Source: an uncultured virus (IMG/VR IMGVR_UViG_3300031994_000077) (Duplodnaviria; Heunggongvirae; Uroviricota; Caudoviricetes). From it: DNA of 20,000 bases. Location: IMG/VR virus record IMGVR_UViG_3300031994_000077; one strand, written 5' to 3'. Under the pieces are notes generated by a model, which worked only from the letters and a program-made list of their open reading frames with translations, was not told the DNA's origin and made no database searches. The position numbers were made by a program, and so were the translations under genes. Below are positions 1 to 10,100 of the stretch, one piece after another. Position 1 is the stretch's first letter, and each line of letters opens with the position of its first letter.

Positions 1-768
1 AAGATTAAAGGCAATTTTAGGACGTGGAATTCACTAATTACACCACAACCTAATAAATATGCTGAAATCCTTATGCCACGCTATCCAATTAATAGAGCTA
101 CCAATTTTATTGTAGAAGAAGAATCTTGGACTGTGGTTGAATATGACCACACGAGCGTGCCAGGAGTTATTTATCTTTCACTAACTGAGGGCAAGATAAA
201 TAGCATTTATGATGACTTAAAGAACAATATTGCTGATACAGATAAATTAGCTAATTATAAAATTATAGTTCCAGCGGAAAAATAGAATTTTGCAATAGGG
301 CAGACTATTATTCCTTCTTTTACATTAACTAAAAATGGAATTCCAATAGATGCTGAAATAGAACTACTACCAACGGATAAGAAGGTTGCACGCATTATAG
401 ACGGCGCGCTTACCGCGGTAGGTAATGGAGAAACAAAGATAATGGTAAGATTAAAAGATTATCCATCTATCTTTGATTACATAGATGTTGTTATTGATAC
501 AGAACCCGAAGTCTTTTCTGCGTATATTGAAGGAAAAGATAGTATACGATTAGACCGCGAATCAGCGTATAAATTAATAGGTACTAATGATTTAGATGAT
601 GAAGTAGAATTTTCAATTGATACTACATTAGCTACAATTAAGAAAATAGACTCTACATCATGTTTAATTCATACGAATAATAAGAACTTATTAGGAAGTT
701 TTACATTAACAGCGACTTATAAAGGAACTTCATATACAAAAGAAATAAATGTAATACCATTATGGTGA
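1..768 (+). CDS. Virion neck / head-tail joining-type protein with C-terminal Ig-like domain(s); 5'-truncated; TAG read as Gln
   Basis: Frame 1 is open from base 1 (KIKGNFRTWNSLITPQPNKYAEILMPRY...) to TGA 766-768 with a single in-frame TAG (283-285). This joins track ORFs 73..285 and 442..768. The segment ELLPTDKKVARIIDGALTAVGNGETKIMVRL...IDVVI resembles a bacterial Ig-like (Big_2-type) repeat. The neck role is inferred from its position upstream of the tail genes. Confidence 0.7.
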
Positions 769-778
769 GGTGGGAAAA

Positions 779-1282
779 ATGGATTTAGAAATGACACAGC
801 GACGCTTCTCTGTAATGGGAATGAATACTTTTAGAATTGCGAATAAGTTAATGTAGAATTAGAGAATTTGCAGGCTATTAAAGTATCAGGTGCGCGACCC
901 CTTTAACAAAGAGAAATATCCTGATGTTGATGGGGCAGAATTAATTAATAAGTAGATATTAATTATTCCTAAAATTTATGATGACAGTACAGAAAAGATG
1001 TCATATATAACAGCTATTTTTGATGACTTTGTGGTAAATCAATTAAATCCAGAATTTAAAACATCAACAGTACGATTTGATATAGCATGTCCTTATGATG
1101 AATGGCTATTAGATGATCGTTCTTTACGGCCTTATTTAATAATGTAGGAAATAGATACAATGTTTAATGAGGGTAAATTAGCAGGAATAGGTACATTACA
1201 ATTTCATAGAGCAGATAATCTGACATTATCCCCTTGGATTGGTGGATATTCTATGAGGTATAAAATTAATGAATTTAACTGA
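779..1282 (+). CDS. Putative tail completion/terminator-type structural protein, 167 aa (TAG=Gln); absent from the ORF track
   Basis: RBS GAGGTG at 767-772, ATG 779, TGA 1280-1282. In-frame TAGs at 854, 860, 953 and 1145. Translation: MDLEMTQRRFSVMGMNTFRIANKLMQNQRICRLLKYQVRDPF...RFDIACPYDEWLLDDRSLRPYLIMQEIDTMFNEGKLAGIGTLQF...KINEFN. It fills the gap between neighbours exactly. Function is inferred from size and position only. Confidence 0.7.
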
Positions 1283-2042
1283 TGATGAGGTTCTGAAATT
1301 TTAGAAAGGAACTCCCATATTATTAGGAGATATATGTGCTATATATTCTGCTACTATTGGTGAAATAGTTGAAATAGGATATTCTAAGTTTCAAGCGTAT
1401 CTTGGAATTTTAACAGCTATGAAGCCTGATCCAAAAGATTGTAAGGACGCATAGCTGAAATAGGTTCTTGAAGAAATAACAGATTTTTAGTATATGTTAA
1501 TGATGACCGGTATTGATGATTCTGTTAATAAAATGACAAGAGAAGCTTTTAATTTTTTCATTCATGATGATGTGATTTTTTCATTAGACCCTGCGTAGAT
1601 TGTAGTTGGTCGGATAGAAGAAAAACACATAATGGATGAAGAGAAATTTTATGAATTTCAGAGAATTCTTCGTAGAATGTATTTCTTAGAGCAAGAAGGC
1701 GAAGAGATCGTAATTCATGAAAATGACCCTCCTGCTACTAAACGGTTGAAAATGCAAATGCGGCGAAACCGTGAAAGAGTGAGGAAAGCGAAAGCTAAGC
1801 AGGCCGCGCGAGAAAAAACTGATTTAAATTTTTCTGATTTGATCGGTAGCATTTGTATTAATAATTGCGGCCTAAATATGGAAAATATTTGGAATATTAC
1901 TTATTATGCTTTACAAGACTAGTTAAAACGCATGGGATGGAGAGATTAGTTTGATATAAACAACCGTGCGGCTTTGGCTGGTGCTAAACTAAATAAAAAA
2001 CAGTTGAAACATTGGATGCGTTCAATTGGCAATTTTGAATAA
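1269..2042 (+). CDS. Phage protein, 257 aa (TAG=Gln); possible tail assembly chaperone
   Basis: GAGG at 1255-1258, ATG 1269 (14-nt overlap with the upstream gene), TAA 2040-2042. Seven in-frame TAGs (1302, 1452, 1461, 1488, 1596, 1920, 1947). It contains track ORF 1632..1922. Helical C-terminus NIWNITYYALQDQLKRMGWRDQFDINNRAALAGAKLNKKQLKHWMRS. The chaperone role is inference. Confidence 0.7.
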
Positions 2043-2054
2043 TCATGATTTTAT

Positions 2055-2061
2055 AGGAGGT
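2055..2061 (+). promoter_or_regulatory. Strong Shine-Dalgarno (AGGAGGT) for the major tail protein
   Basis: AGGAGGT lies 7 nt upstream of ATG 2069. Confidence 0.85.
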
Positions 2062-2068
2062 AACTCAT

Positions 2069-3097
2069 ATGGGTGTTAATATTTTTGACAAATATGGCAT
2101 TAAAGAGGTTGCTAACGTATATTTTGAGGCCCTAGATGATGATCCAGCGGCTGGTGTATACAAGGGCGACATCGTGCTATTCCTAGATTCTTTAAAGACT
2201 TCTACCATTGAAACAACTGCTGAGAATACTGCTGCGCAGGGCGGCTGGGGCAATCCTAAGCTAGTTCAGTGGGACTATGGTAAGGAGATTAACATTACTC
2301 TAACAGATGCTCTAATGTCCTTAGAGTCTCTACGTTTCATGCTTGGTGGCGCTATTAAGAAGTCCACTGATGCCGGCAAGACTGTTTATGTCCATCATAC
2401 CGAAGAGGTTGTTGTTGACAGTGATGGTGACGTTCCAGCGCCTAAAGACCATTTAACTGGTGTGACTCTTTATCCCAAGGCTATTAAAGACCATCCAATT
2501 AAGCTAATTAATCTTGGCGGTGGCGTTGATGCACAAGGTAATGCTAGTTCAACTGCTGGTACTCGCACGCAGATTGTTGTAACTGATGAAGCGAATGCTA
2601 TGGTAGCTAAGAATACGATTAAGTTTAAGAATCCTAAAGCTGGTGTTACAACTCCAACCGCGCCTCTCCCTGGCGATCATATTCGTATTTTCTGGGACGA
2701 AGCTGTTAATGCGGAACATGCTACGGAATCCGCTGTTGAAGTAACTATTTCTCCTGATACCTTCCCTGGCACTTATAAGGTTGTTGGCGATACCTTTATG
2801 CGGTCTGAGAAGACTGGTAAGGATGAGCCATTCCAGTTTGTTATTAATAAAGCTAAAGTTCAGAGCAATGTTACAATCACTCTAGAGGCCGAAGGTGATC
2901 CTTCTACTTTTGAGATGACTCTAAACGTTCTCCGTTCTACTAATGATGAAGGTCAGAATGAAATGATGAAGCTAGTTCGTTATAATATCGCTGATTCCAG
3001 TTCTGCGGATGCTGGTAACGATCATGGCTCTTTAGCGGCCAGTTCTACCACCACCGTCGTAACTGAACAAGGCGAAGATACCGGCACTGGTAACTAA
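2069..3097 (+). CDS. Major tail (tube) protein, 342 aa
   Basis: Intact ORF under either code, ending in TAA. It has a consensus RBS, high-expression-type codon bias (GCT, GGT, AAG, ACT) and a terminator directly downstream. Beta-rich tube-like motifs: FLDSLKTSTIETTAENTAAQGGWGNPKLVQWDYGKEINITLTDAL and FPGTYKVVGDTFMRSEKTGKDEPFQFVINKAKVQSNVTITLEAEGDPSTFEMTL. It lies upstream of the tape measure gene. Confidence 0.85.
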   Translation: MGVNIFDKYGIKEVANVYFEALDDDPAAGVYKGDIVLFLDSLKTSTIETTAENTAAQGGWGNPKLVQWDYGKEINITLTDALMSLESLRFMLGGAIKKSTDAGKTVYVHHTEEVVVDSDGDVPAPKDHLTGVTLYPKAIKDHPIKLINLGGGVDAQGNASSTAGTRTQIVVTDEANAMVAKNTIKFKNPKAGVTTPTAPLPGDHIRIFWDEAVNAEHATESAVEVTISPDTFPGTYKVVGDTFMRSEKTGKDEPFQFVINKAKVQSNVTITLEAEGDPSTFEMTLNVLRSTNDEGQNEMMKLVRYNIADSSSADAGNDHGSLAASSTTTVVTEQGEDTGTGN

Positions 3098-3109
3098 TTT
3101 AATATAAAT

Positions 3110-3142
3110 AACAGGCTAGGATTTATTCCTAGCCTGTTTTTA
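3110..3142 (+). terminator. Rho-independent terminator after the major tail gene
   Basis: Inverted repeat AACAGGCTAGGA (3110-3121) / TCCTAGCCTGTT (3127-3138) with a 5-nt loop, running into a T-tract to 3142. Confidence 0.85.
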
Positions 3143-3159
3143 TTATTGAGGAATAACAT

Positions 3160-4038
3160 ATGATAGATCAATATTTTGGAGTGAAAGAACTCTATGAAGT
3201 TATTCTGCGCGCAAAGGTTCCAATGCGATTTGGGAGCCGTATGTTAGAAGCTGATGAACCTGTTCTGTATTTTGAACACGTAATGATGTCTTTGCTGAAA
3301 GAATCTAGTCAGCCAGTTATGGCGCGCGGCGGTTGGTCTAATCTTCCTAGGGTTATTTGGGAAGATCGTTCTGAAGTTGCTTTCTCTTTATCAGAAGGTG
3401 TTTTATCTTCTATTAGTTTAGGAATATTATTAAGTGCTAGTATGAGTACACCAGAAAAAGGTGAAAAATTATTAGTACCAAAAAGGGAAGGCCCTTTTGA
3501 ATTAAATGATTAGCATAGGTTATACTTAGAGCATTGGCCTGTGTCACATGAAAAAAAGAAAACTTTTATTTTTGAATATGATAGAGATGTGGCTCAAAAG
3601 AAAATATATGGAAAAAGAATATTAGGGTAGAAAGACCCGTTTGAGCCAGATAAAGATAGACCTTGTTTGGAATTGTATAAAGACAAGGCATTGAGTGAAT
3701 ACGCGGATATTGATAAGAAATATATAGTAGATTATTACTATGAGTATGGAGAAGACGCGCTAATATATACTATATAGAAAGAGCGTTTTAATGGATTATT
3801 CACCCTTGAAGGTAAGTTTTACTCCAAGGATGAAAACGAAGGCTTTAATTATACTAATTTAATTTATATGCCAAAAGTTAGAGTTGTGAGTAATATAAAC
3901 TTACGCTTGGGAGAAAGGGCTGATCCAACAATGTCCGTTTTTAATATAATTGGACTACCAGAGAATATGGGAGATAATCGTAAGGGTATGATTTTAGAAA
4001 TGACCCGCTTAAGTAGCGATATAGATGAAGAAATATAA
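3160..4038 (+). CDS. Second, diverged tail-tube-family protein (paralog of 2069-3097), 292 aa (TAG=Gln)
   Basis: GAGGA RBS, ATG 3160, TAA 4036-4038, in-frame TAGs at 3511, 3628 and 3775. It aligns by eye with the major tail protein at both ends: FGVKELYEVIL~YGIKEVANVYF; ARGGWSNLPRVIWEDRSEVAFSLSEGVLS~AQGGWGNPKLVQWDYGKEINITLTDALMS; FNGLFTLEGKFYSKDENEG...PKVRVVSNINLRLGERADPT~FPGTYKVVGDTFMRSEKTG...NKAKVQSNVTITLEAEGDPS. Confidence 0.85.
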
Positions 4039-4075
4039 GCCACTTCCTAAGTGTTAGGAAGTGGCGTCTTTTTTT
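4039..4075 (+). terminator. Rho-independent terminator between the tube paralog and the tape measure gene
   Basis: Perfect 12-bp stem GCCACTTCCTAA (4039-4050) / TTAGGAAGTGGC (4054-4065) with loop GTG, followed by GTC and T7. Confidence 0.8.
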
Positions 4076-4104
4076 GTTTATGGAGAAAAGGAGTGTGAAA
4101 ATAA

Positions 4105-7100
4105 GTGGCAAGTGAGATTGGTAGTTTTGTTGTAAGCTTAAAAGCTAAAATTGAAGGGTATCAGACAGAGCTAAAAAAAATGTAGGACGTAATGAATTAG
4201 ATTGGCGCTGATACCAAAATAGGCAAGAATCTTGCTAAGCAATTTAAAAGTGTTAGTAGCGACGTTGAAAAGCTAGAACAAAAAATCAATTAGAGGATTT
4301 CTTCTGAAAGTTAGATTGTTAGATTAAAAGACTAGTTAGACGGCGTAGATAATAAAATTAAGGATATTGGCGGAACATTATAGCAAGTACAATTTAAAGA
4401 TTTGGATACTACAAAATTTACCGCCAGCATCCAAGAAATGAGCACCAAATTGAAGGAATTAGAAGCTTAGCTTTCTAATAACATGGGAGGCAGTTTTAAT
4501 AAAATTATTCAAGGGTGGCTCGGAAAAAGTGATAATAAATTTGGTAATTTATTAGATAGATTAAAAATTGATCCAAAAGAATTAAATTATGAGAATTTTT
4601 CTCAAGTATTTACAAAAGCTATGGAAGATGCTCGCGCGCGAGCATAGGATTTAAAAAAAGAGATTGAAGGTCTAACAAAACAAAAAGAACAATATGATAG
4701 ATTAGCTTCAGAAGCAGAAAATCGTGCGAATTTTAATCCAACAGATGCGGTAAATCAATCTTTAGGTAAATTTGCTAATGTAAATGTAAAAGAATTATCT
4801 TAGGATAAAATCAAAGATTTTTAGGATAATTTAACAAAATTCTTTCAGGATATAAATTTAGAGCCAGATATTTTAGAAAAGAAAGTTTAGCCGTTAATTG
4901 ATAATTTAGTTAATTCTACAAGTAGCGGAGAATTTCAAAGAAAACTAGCACAATTTGAAGGAAATCTAGCAAAAAGTCTCGGTATGAATAAAACTAATAT
5001 TGATTAGCTTTTATAGAATACCTTAAATATAGATCCAAAATAGTTCTTTAATTTTGATAATTTTTTAGATACTAGTAAAATAAATGATTTTTCAACGGAA
5101 GTGTCTAATTTACTTAATAATTTAATGCCAGACAAAAGTTCTGATGAAATTAGTGCAACATATGAAACTGTTTTTAAAGCTTTTACTAATGGGAGTCCAG
5201 CAGAAGCTATTAAAGCAGTAACTACAGCATTATAGGAATATTAGAAGGAGCAACAAGCAGTAGCAACTTCAAATAGAAGTTCAAGCGAAGCAATTGGACA
5301 AACTATAAAGGATTTAACTTCAGAATAGAAACAAATTCCTAAAGATATTCAAAGCGGGAACGGCTATTTATCTGTTTTACAATCAAATTATAATTCATTG
5401 TTACAAAAATATGATGAATTAAAACAATAGGTTGAGGAACTACGTTCTTAGCTGAGAGATGCTGGAAAAAATGCAGAAGGTAATATTCATACCGCAGGAA
5501 CAAATATTTAGCAAAGTGGATAGAGTGGCCTTGCTGAAAATATTCGTTTAGCAAAGCAATATTCTCAAGAACTTGAATCTGTCAAAAATGCTGAATAGAT
5601 GGTTGGAAAAATTGAGGGCATTACTCAGCGCTGGTTTAGTGTATATGCAGCAGTAAGGATGGTTACTAATGCAATTAATTCAATGAAACAAACTATTGCT
5701 GAATTAGATAAAACCATTACTGAAATTGCTATTGTTACTGATATGTCTCAATCTGACTTGTGGGGTTAGATGGATACTTACACAAGTATGGCAAGAGAAT
5801 ATGCAGCATCTATTTCTGGCGTTTATAAAGTTTCACAATTATACTATCAGCAAGGTTTACAGACTGCCGATGTAATGGCATTAACTGAATCAACCTTAAA
5901 GATGGCGCGCATTTCTGGTTTGGATTATGCAGATGCGACTAACTATATGACAAACGCTGTCCGCTCTTTCAAGATGGAAATGTCGGAAGCAGATAAGGTT
6001 GTAGATGTATATTCCGCTATCGCGGCAAAGTCTGCTACTGATGTTAGCGAATTAGCAGTAGCTATGAGTAAGACAGCATCTTCTGCAGAAGCTGTTGGTT
6101 CTAGTTTCGAGAATACAACAGCTATGATGGCTGTTATGATTGAAGCTACTCGTGAATCTTCTCAGAATATTGGTAGTGCAATGAAATCCATAATTTCACG
6201 TTATGGTGAATTGAAAGAAAATCCCAGTAAGCTGGTAGATTCAGAAGGCGAGGAACTTAGTTTAAACAAAGTTGATACTGCCTTACAAAGCGTTGGTATT
6301 AGTATCCATAATGCACAAGGTCAATTCCGTGAATTTGATGATGTTATTATGGAGTTAGCAGAAGCATGGGATACTATTGATGTCAATACGTAGAGATATA
6401 TTGCAACTGTAATGGCTGGTAATAGACAGCAATCTCGATTCTTAGCACTAGTTGGTAGTGGAGAAAGATTAAAACAATTGGCGACTGAGGCTGCGGATGC
6501 GGAGAATGCTTCTCAATTACAGTTCTTAAAAACATTAGATAGTATTGGAGCTAAGTAGCAACAACTAGAAACAAGTTTATAGAGTTTATATACGAGTAGC
6601 GGATTAGAGCAGTTTTATAAGTGGATATTGGATGTTGGTAATGCAATAGTTACGCAGTTTAACAACATACCAAGATTATTTAATTTGCCGATTCCTGCTA
6701 TATTAAGTTTTGCGACTACTTTCTATTCATTAGCTGACGTTGTGACTAATGTATTCGGTATTATAATGAATAGAATGGCAGTACATAGATAGCAACTTGA
6801 AGCAAGTTTGTCTAATAGTGCGAATACTTAGGTATAGATTGAAGTAGATAAAAATAATTAGGTATTACGTGCTCAAGAAAACGCTCATGCAAAAGAAGAG
6901 CAAGAGCAAGAACGCCATGAAGAAACTATGGCAAAGATACGTGCTACCGGCGGGCGTATAAATGCATATGCCAATGGAAGACCTGCTGATTTTGTTCCAG
7001 GTGGAGAGAACAAATAGTATGGTAATGTAAAAACAGTTAATACTGCTTCATTAGGATTGAACTTGGCTAGTTTGGGGCTTGGAGCTATAGCGACTGGTTT

Positions 7101-10100
7101 AAAGGGTTCTAGTAATGAAGGAATGTAGAAGGTTGGTGGTATTACTGGAGCGTTTTCTCGTGCGGCGAGTGGCGCAGCATTAGGTTTTACTTTAGGCGGG
7201 GGCCCTCATGGAGCTGTTGTCGGCGCGGCAATTGGCGGTATAGTAGGCGCGTTTGAAAATCTTAATGCTATATTACCTTCTACTAAAGTTTAGATTGAGA
7301 ATTTAACTAAAGCGGCAACTGACGCTAATAATAAAGCATTACAAGAATAGGCAGAATCTAAGTCATTATAGTCTTCTATTGATAAAATAAAAGAATTAGA
7401 AAAAGCTAGATATAGTAGCGTTGAAGCAGAAGAGAAATATTTAGAGGCTAATGACGCGCTTGCAGCATCACATTCTGAATTAATTGCTCGTTATGATGAA
7501 ACAGGTAGAGCAATTATTGATTTATCTTCAGCTAATAATTTACTGCAAGAATCTTTATAGAATACCGCAGATGCTACTAGAGATGCAGCAATTGCTAATT
7601 ATCGAAAAACAGAAAAAGAAAAAGAAAGTAATACGGGTCCAGTTTTTACTTCTACGGCGGGAAAAACTTCAAATTTATTTACTGCTTTATAGGCACAAAG
7701 TAATCAAAAAGTACGCACAAAAGCCGCGACAATTGACTAGGACTCTGATAGTCTTTTATAGACTATTAAAAATGATACTATAAAAAATATTGCAAGAACT
7801 TTCTTAAAGGAAGACATTTCGACTAAAGAAGTTTGGGAAGGATTAAATAGCGCGCGAACATCAGCAAAAGAGATTGAAGGATTAACTGAATTTGATCAAG
7901 CTGTTTTAGATTATATTAATAATACTATGGATGCTTATGAAGTTCAAGTTACGAAATTTATTGCAAGTGATAATAAATTATCTAAAACGGGAAAAGCTGG
8001 TGCTCAAAATTATATTAATTCTCTTCTTAAAATAGAAACGTATTAGGATAAATTTTTTGAGGATGTTACAGACAGTAATGATATAATTGCAGCGATGTTA
8101 CTAAATCTTTTTAATGATTATAATGGTGATTATACTAAGTATATGAATGATATGCCAAGTAATTTAGAAAAGGTTTAGGAATAGTTAAAAAATGCAATTA
8201 ATACGATTGGTATAGATGAGTTTAATAAATTAATAGATTTAAGAAAAACTACAAGTGCGGAAGGCATAACTAGTTATATTAATGAAAAATTTTCTGGATT
8301 TGATGAAGCAGTTCGATAGGCTCTTTTAGATTATTTTACCAGCGTTTATAATATTAGTGATTTTACGAATAATATTGCTAGCTTTAATTCTAAAGGCATT
8401 CAAGATATTTTAAATGCGTTCTCAAAGTCTTTTTCTGATTTATCTGATACAGAATTATTAGCAATAAATGCTTAGGCGGAGTAGATTGACAAAAAGATTG
8501 CTACATCCGGATTAACAGAAAAATAGGGACAGGCCGCTTTAAATACTTATTTGAGTCTTTGGGCAAGTTTAGAGTCAAAGACAAATGGACTAGATTAGTC
8601 ATAGAGAGATGCCGCAGAAGGACTATTATAGGCTTGGGATGGAACTGCGCAAGGGTTAGAAGCTATAATAGATACAATTCCAGAAACTGAAAAGACAAGG
8701 GTGTTGTTAAACCAATTTAGAATATTAATTAATTAGCTTTCTAACAATTTAAATACAACCTTTAGTACCCTAGCTTCTTCTATCGCAGAAGGAATTAAAG
8801 ATTTTGATACGGCTATTGCTGATATGGCAAAAGGCGTATCTATGGATAAGGCAGTTGAGTATGCAGATAAATTTGGAGCAGATATAAGTAAATTTGAATT
8901 AGATTACTCAACTGGGTTGTTTAAATATGATGATTTAAATGTTTTACAATAGAAATATTTTGATAATTTAAATGAACAAATTACTAATGCGAATAGTTAT
9001 TTAGAAAAATATACTGATTCAAAAAATGCGGATGCTATAAATGACGCTTTAACAGCTTTAAAAAATTCTAAGGATGGCAAAATTGATAACTCTTTATTTG
9101 ATGCGATTAAAGGATTAAATAAGGAGGAGATTGAACCAGAATTAAAAGCTTATATAGAATACACCAAGACAGCAGGCGATAACGCATTAGAATTTTTTGA
9201 TTGGATTACTAATAAATATAAAGGTATTGCAGAAATATCTGGGCAAGCATTATAGAATGCTCAAGCACGCGGCGCCTTATAGTTGGGGGATTTAAATGGA
9301 TTCCTAAAATAGATGAACGTCGATGAGAGTAAATATAATGAAGTAATTTAGTCATTATTGTCTAATAATGGATTCAATTATGAAGATATTAAGAAGATCG
9401 CGGGTCAAACCGCCGCGGATGAGATGCAAAAATATGCTACTGCAATTAGTGAAGCTTTAGGAGATATTACTAAAAATTCAGTAGACGCTGCAATTTCGTC
9501 AATAACAAATGGTAAGGTTGAAAATATTCAAGTTAATCAAGCTAATGAGGATATATTAAGGAAACTCGGCGCGACCGGCGTAGACAGCGGGTCCGCTACT
9601 CTAGATTGGTCTGATACTGATATTAATAGTTATCAGGCTAGAGTTAACTAGATTCTCACTACTGGCTTATCTCCAAAAGATATGGATTCTGCGCTCAGTA
9701 GTCTTGAATCAGCAGTATATAATATAGATGTATCTGAAGCAATTAATTCTGTTATTAGCTCTTATGAAGGATTTGGTATTGAAGTCGCAAATACTTTTGC
9801 ATAGGCAACTGGCAAGTCATTATCCATGTTATAGTCGGCAGGAATTTTATCATTTAATAAATTAACTGGAAAATATAGTGCTAATATTGAAAAATTACGC
9901 ATATTTATTGCTAGGCAAGAGAATTTATCAAATAAAGATTAGAATGCAATGTTGGCTAATATAGATAAGCAAATACGTGAAACTAGCGGAATTTCTGTCT
10001 TTAATAATATAGCAAAAGATTATAATAATTTAACAGAAGAATCTATTCAATAGTTAGCAGATAAATTAGAACTTAGTTATGATACAATAAAAGATTCTCT

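Noticed and set aside
4173..4180. A8 run near the TMP start as a programmed frameshift or phase-variation site
   Set aside because: It is explained by Leu-Lys-Lys-Met codons in AT-rich DNA. The frame is already open, so no shift is needed.
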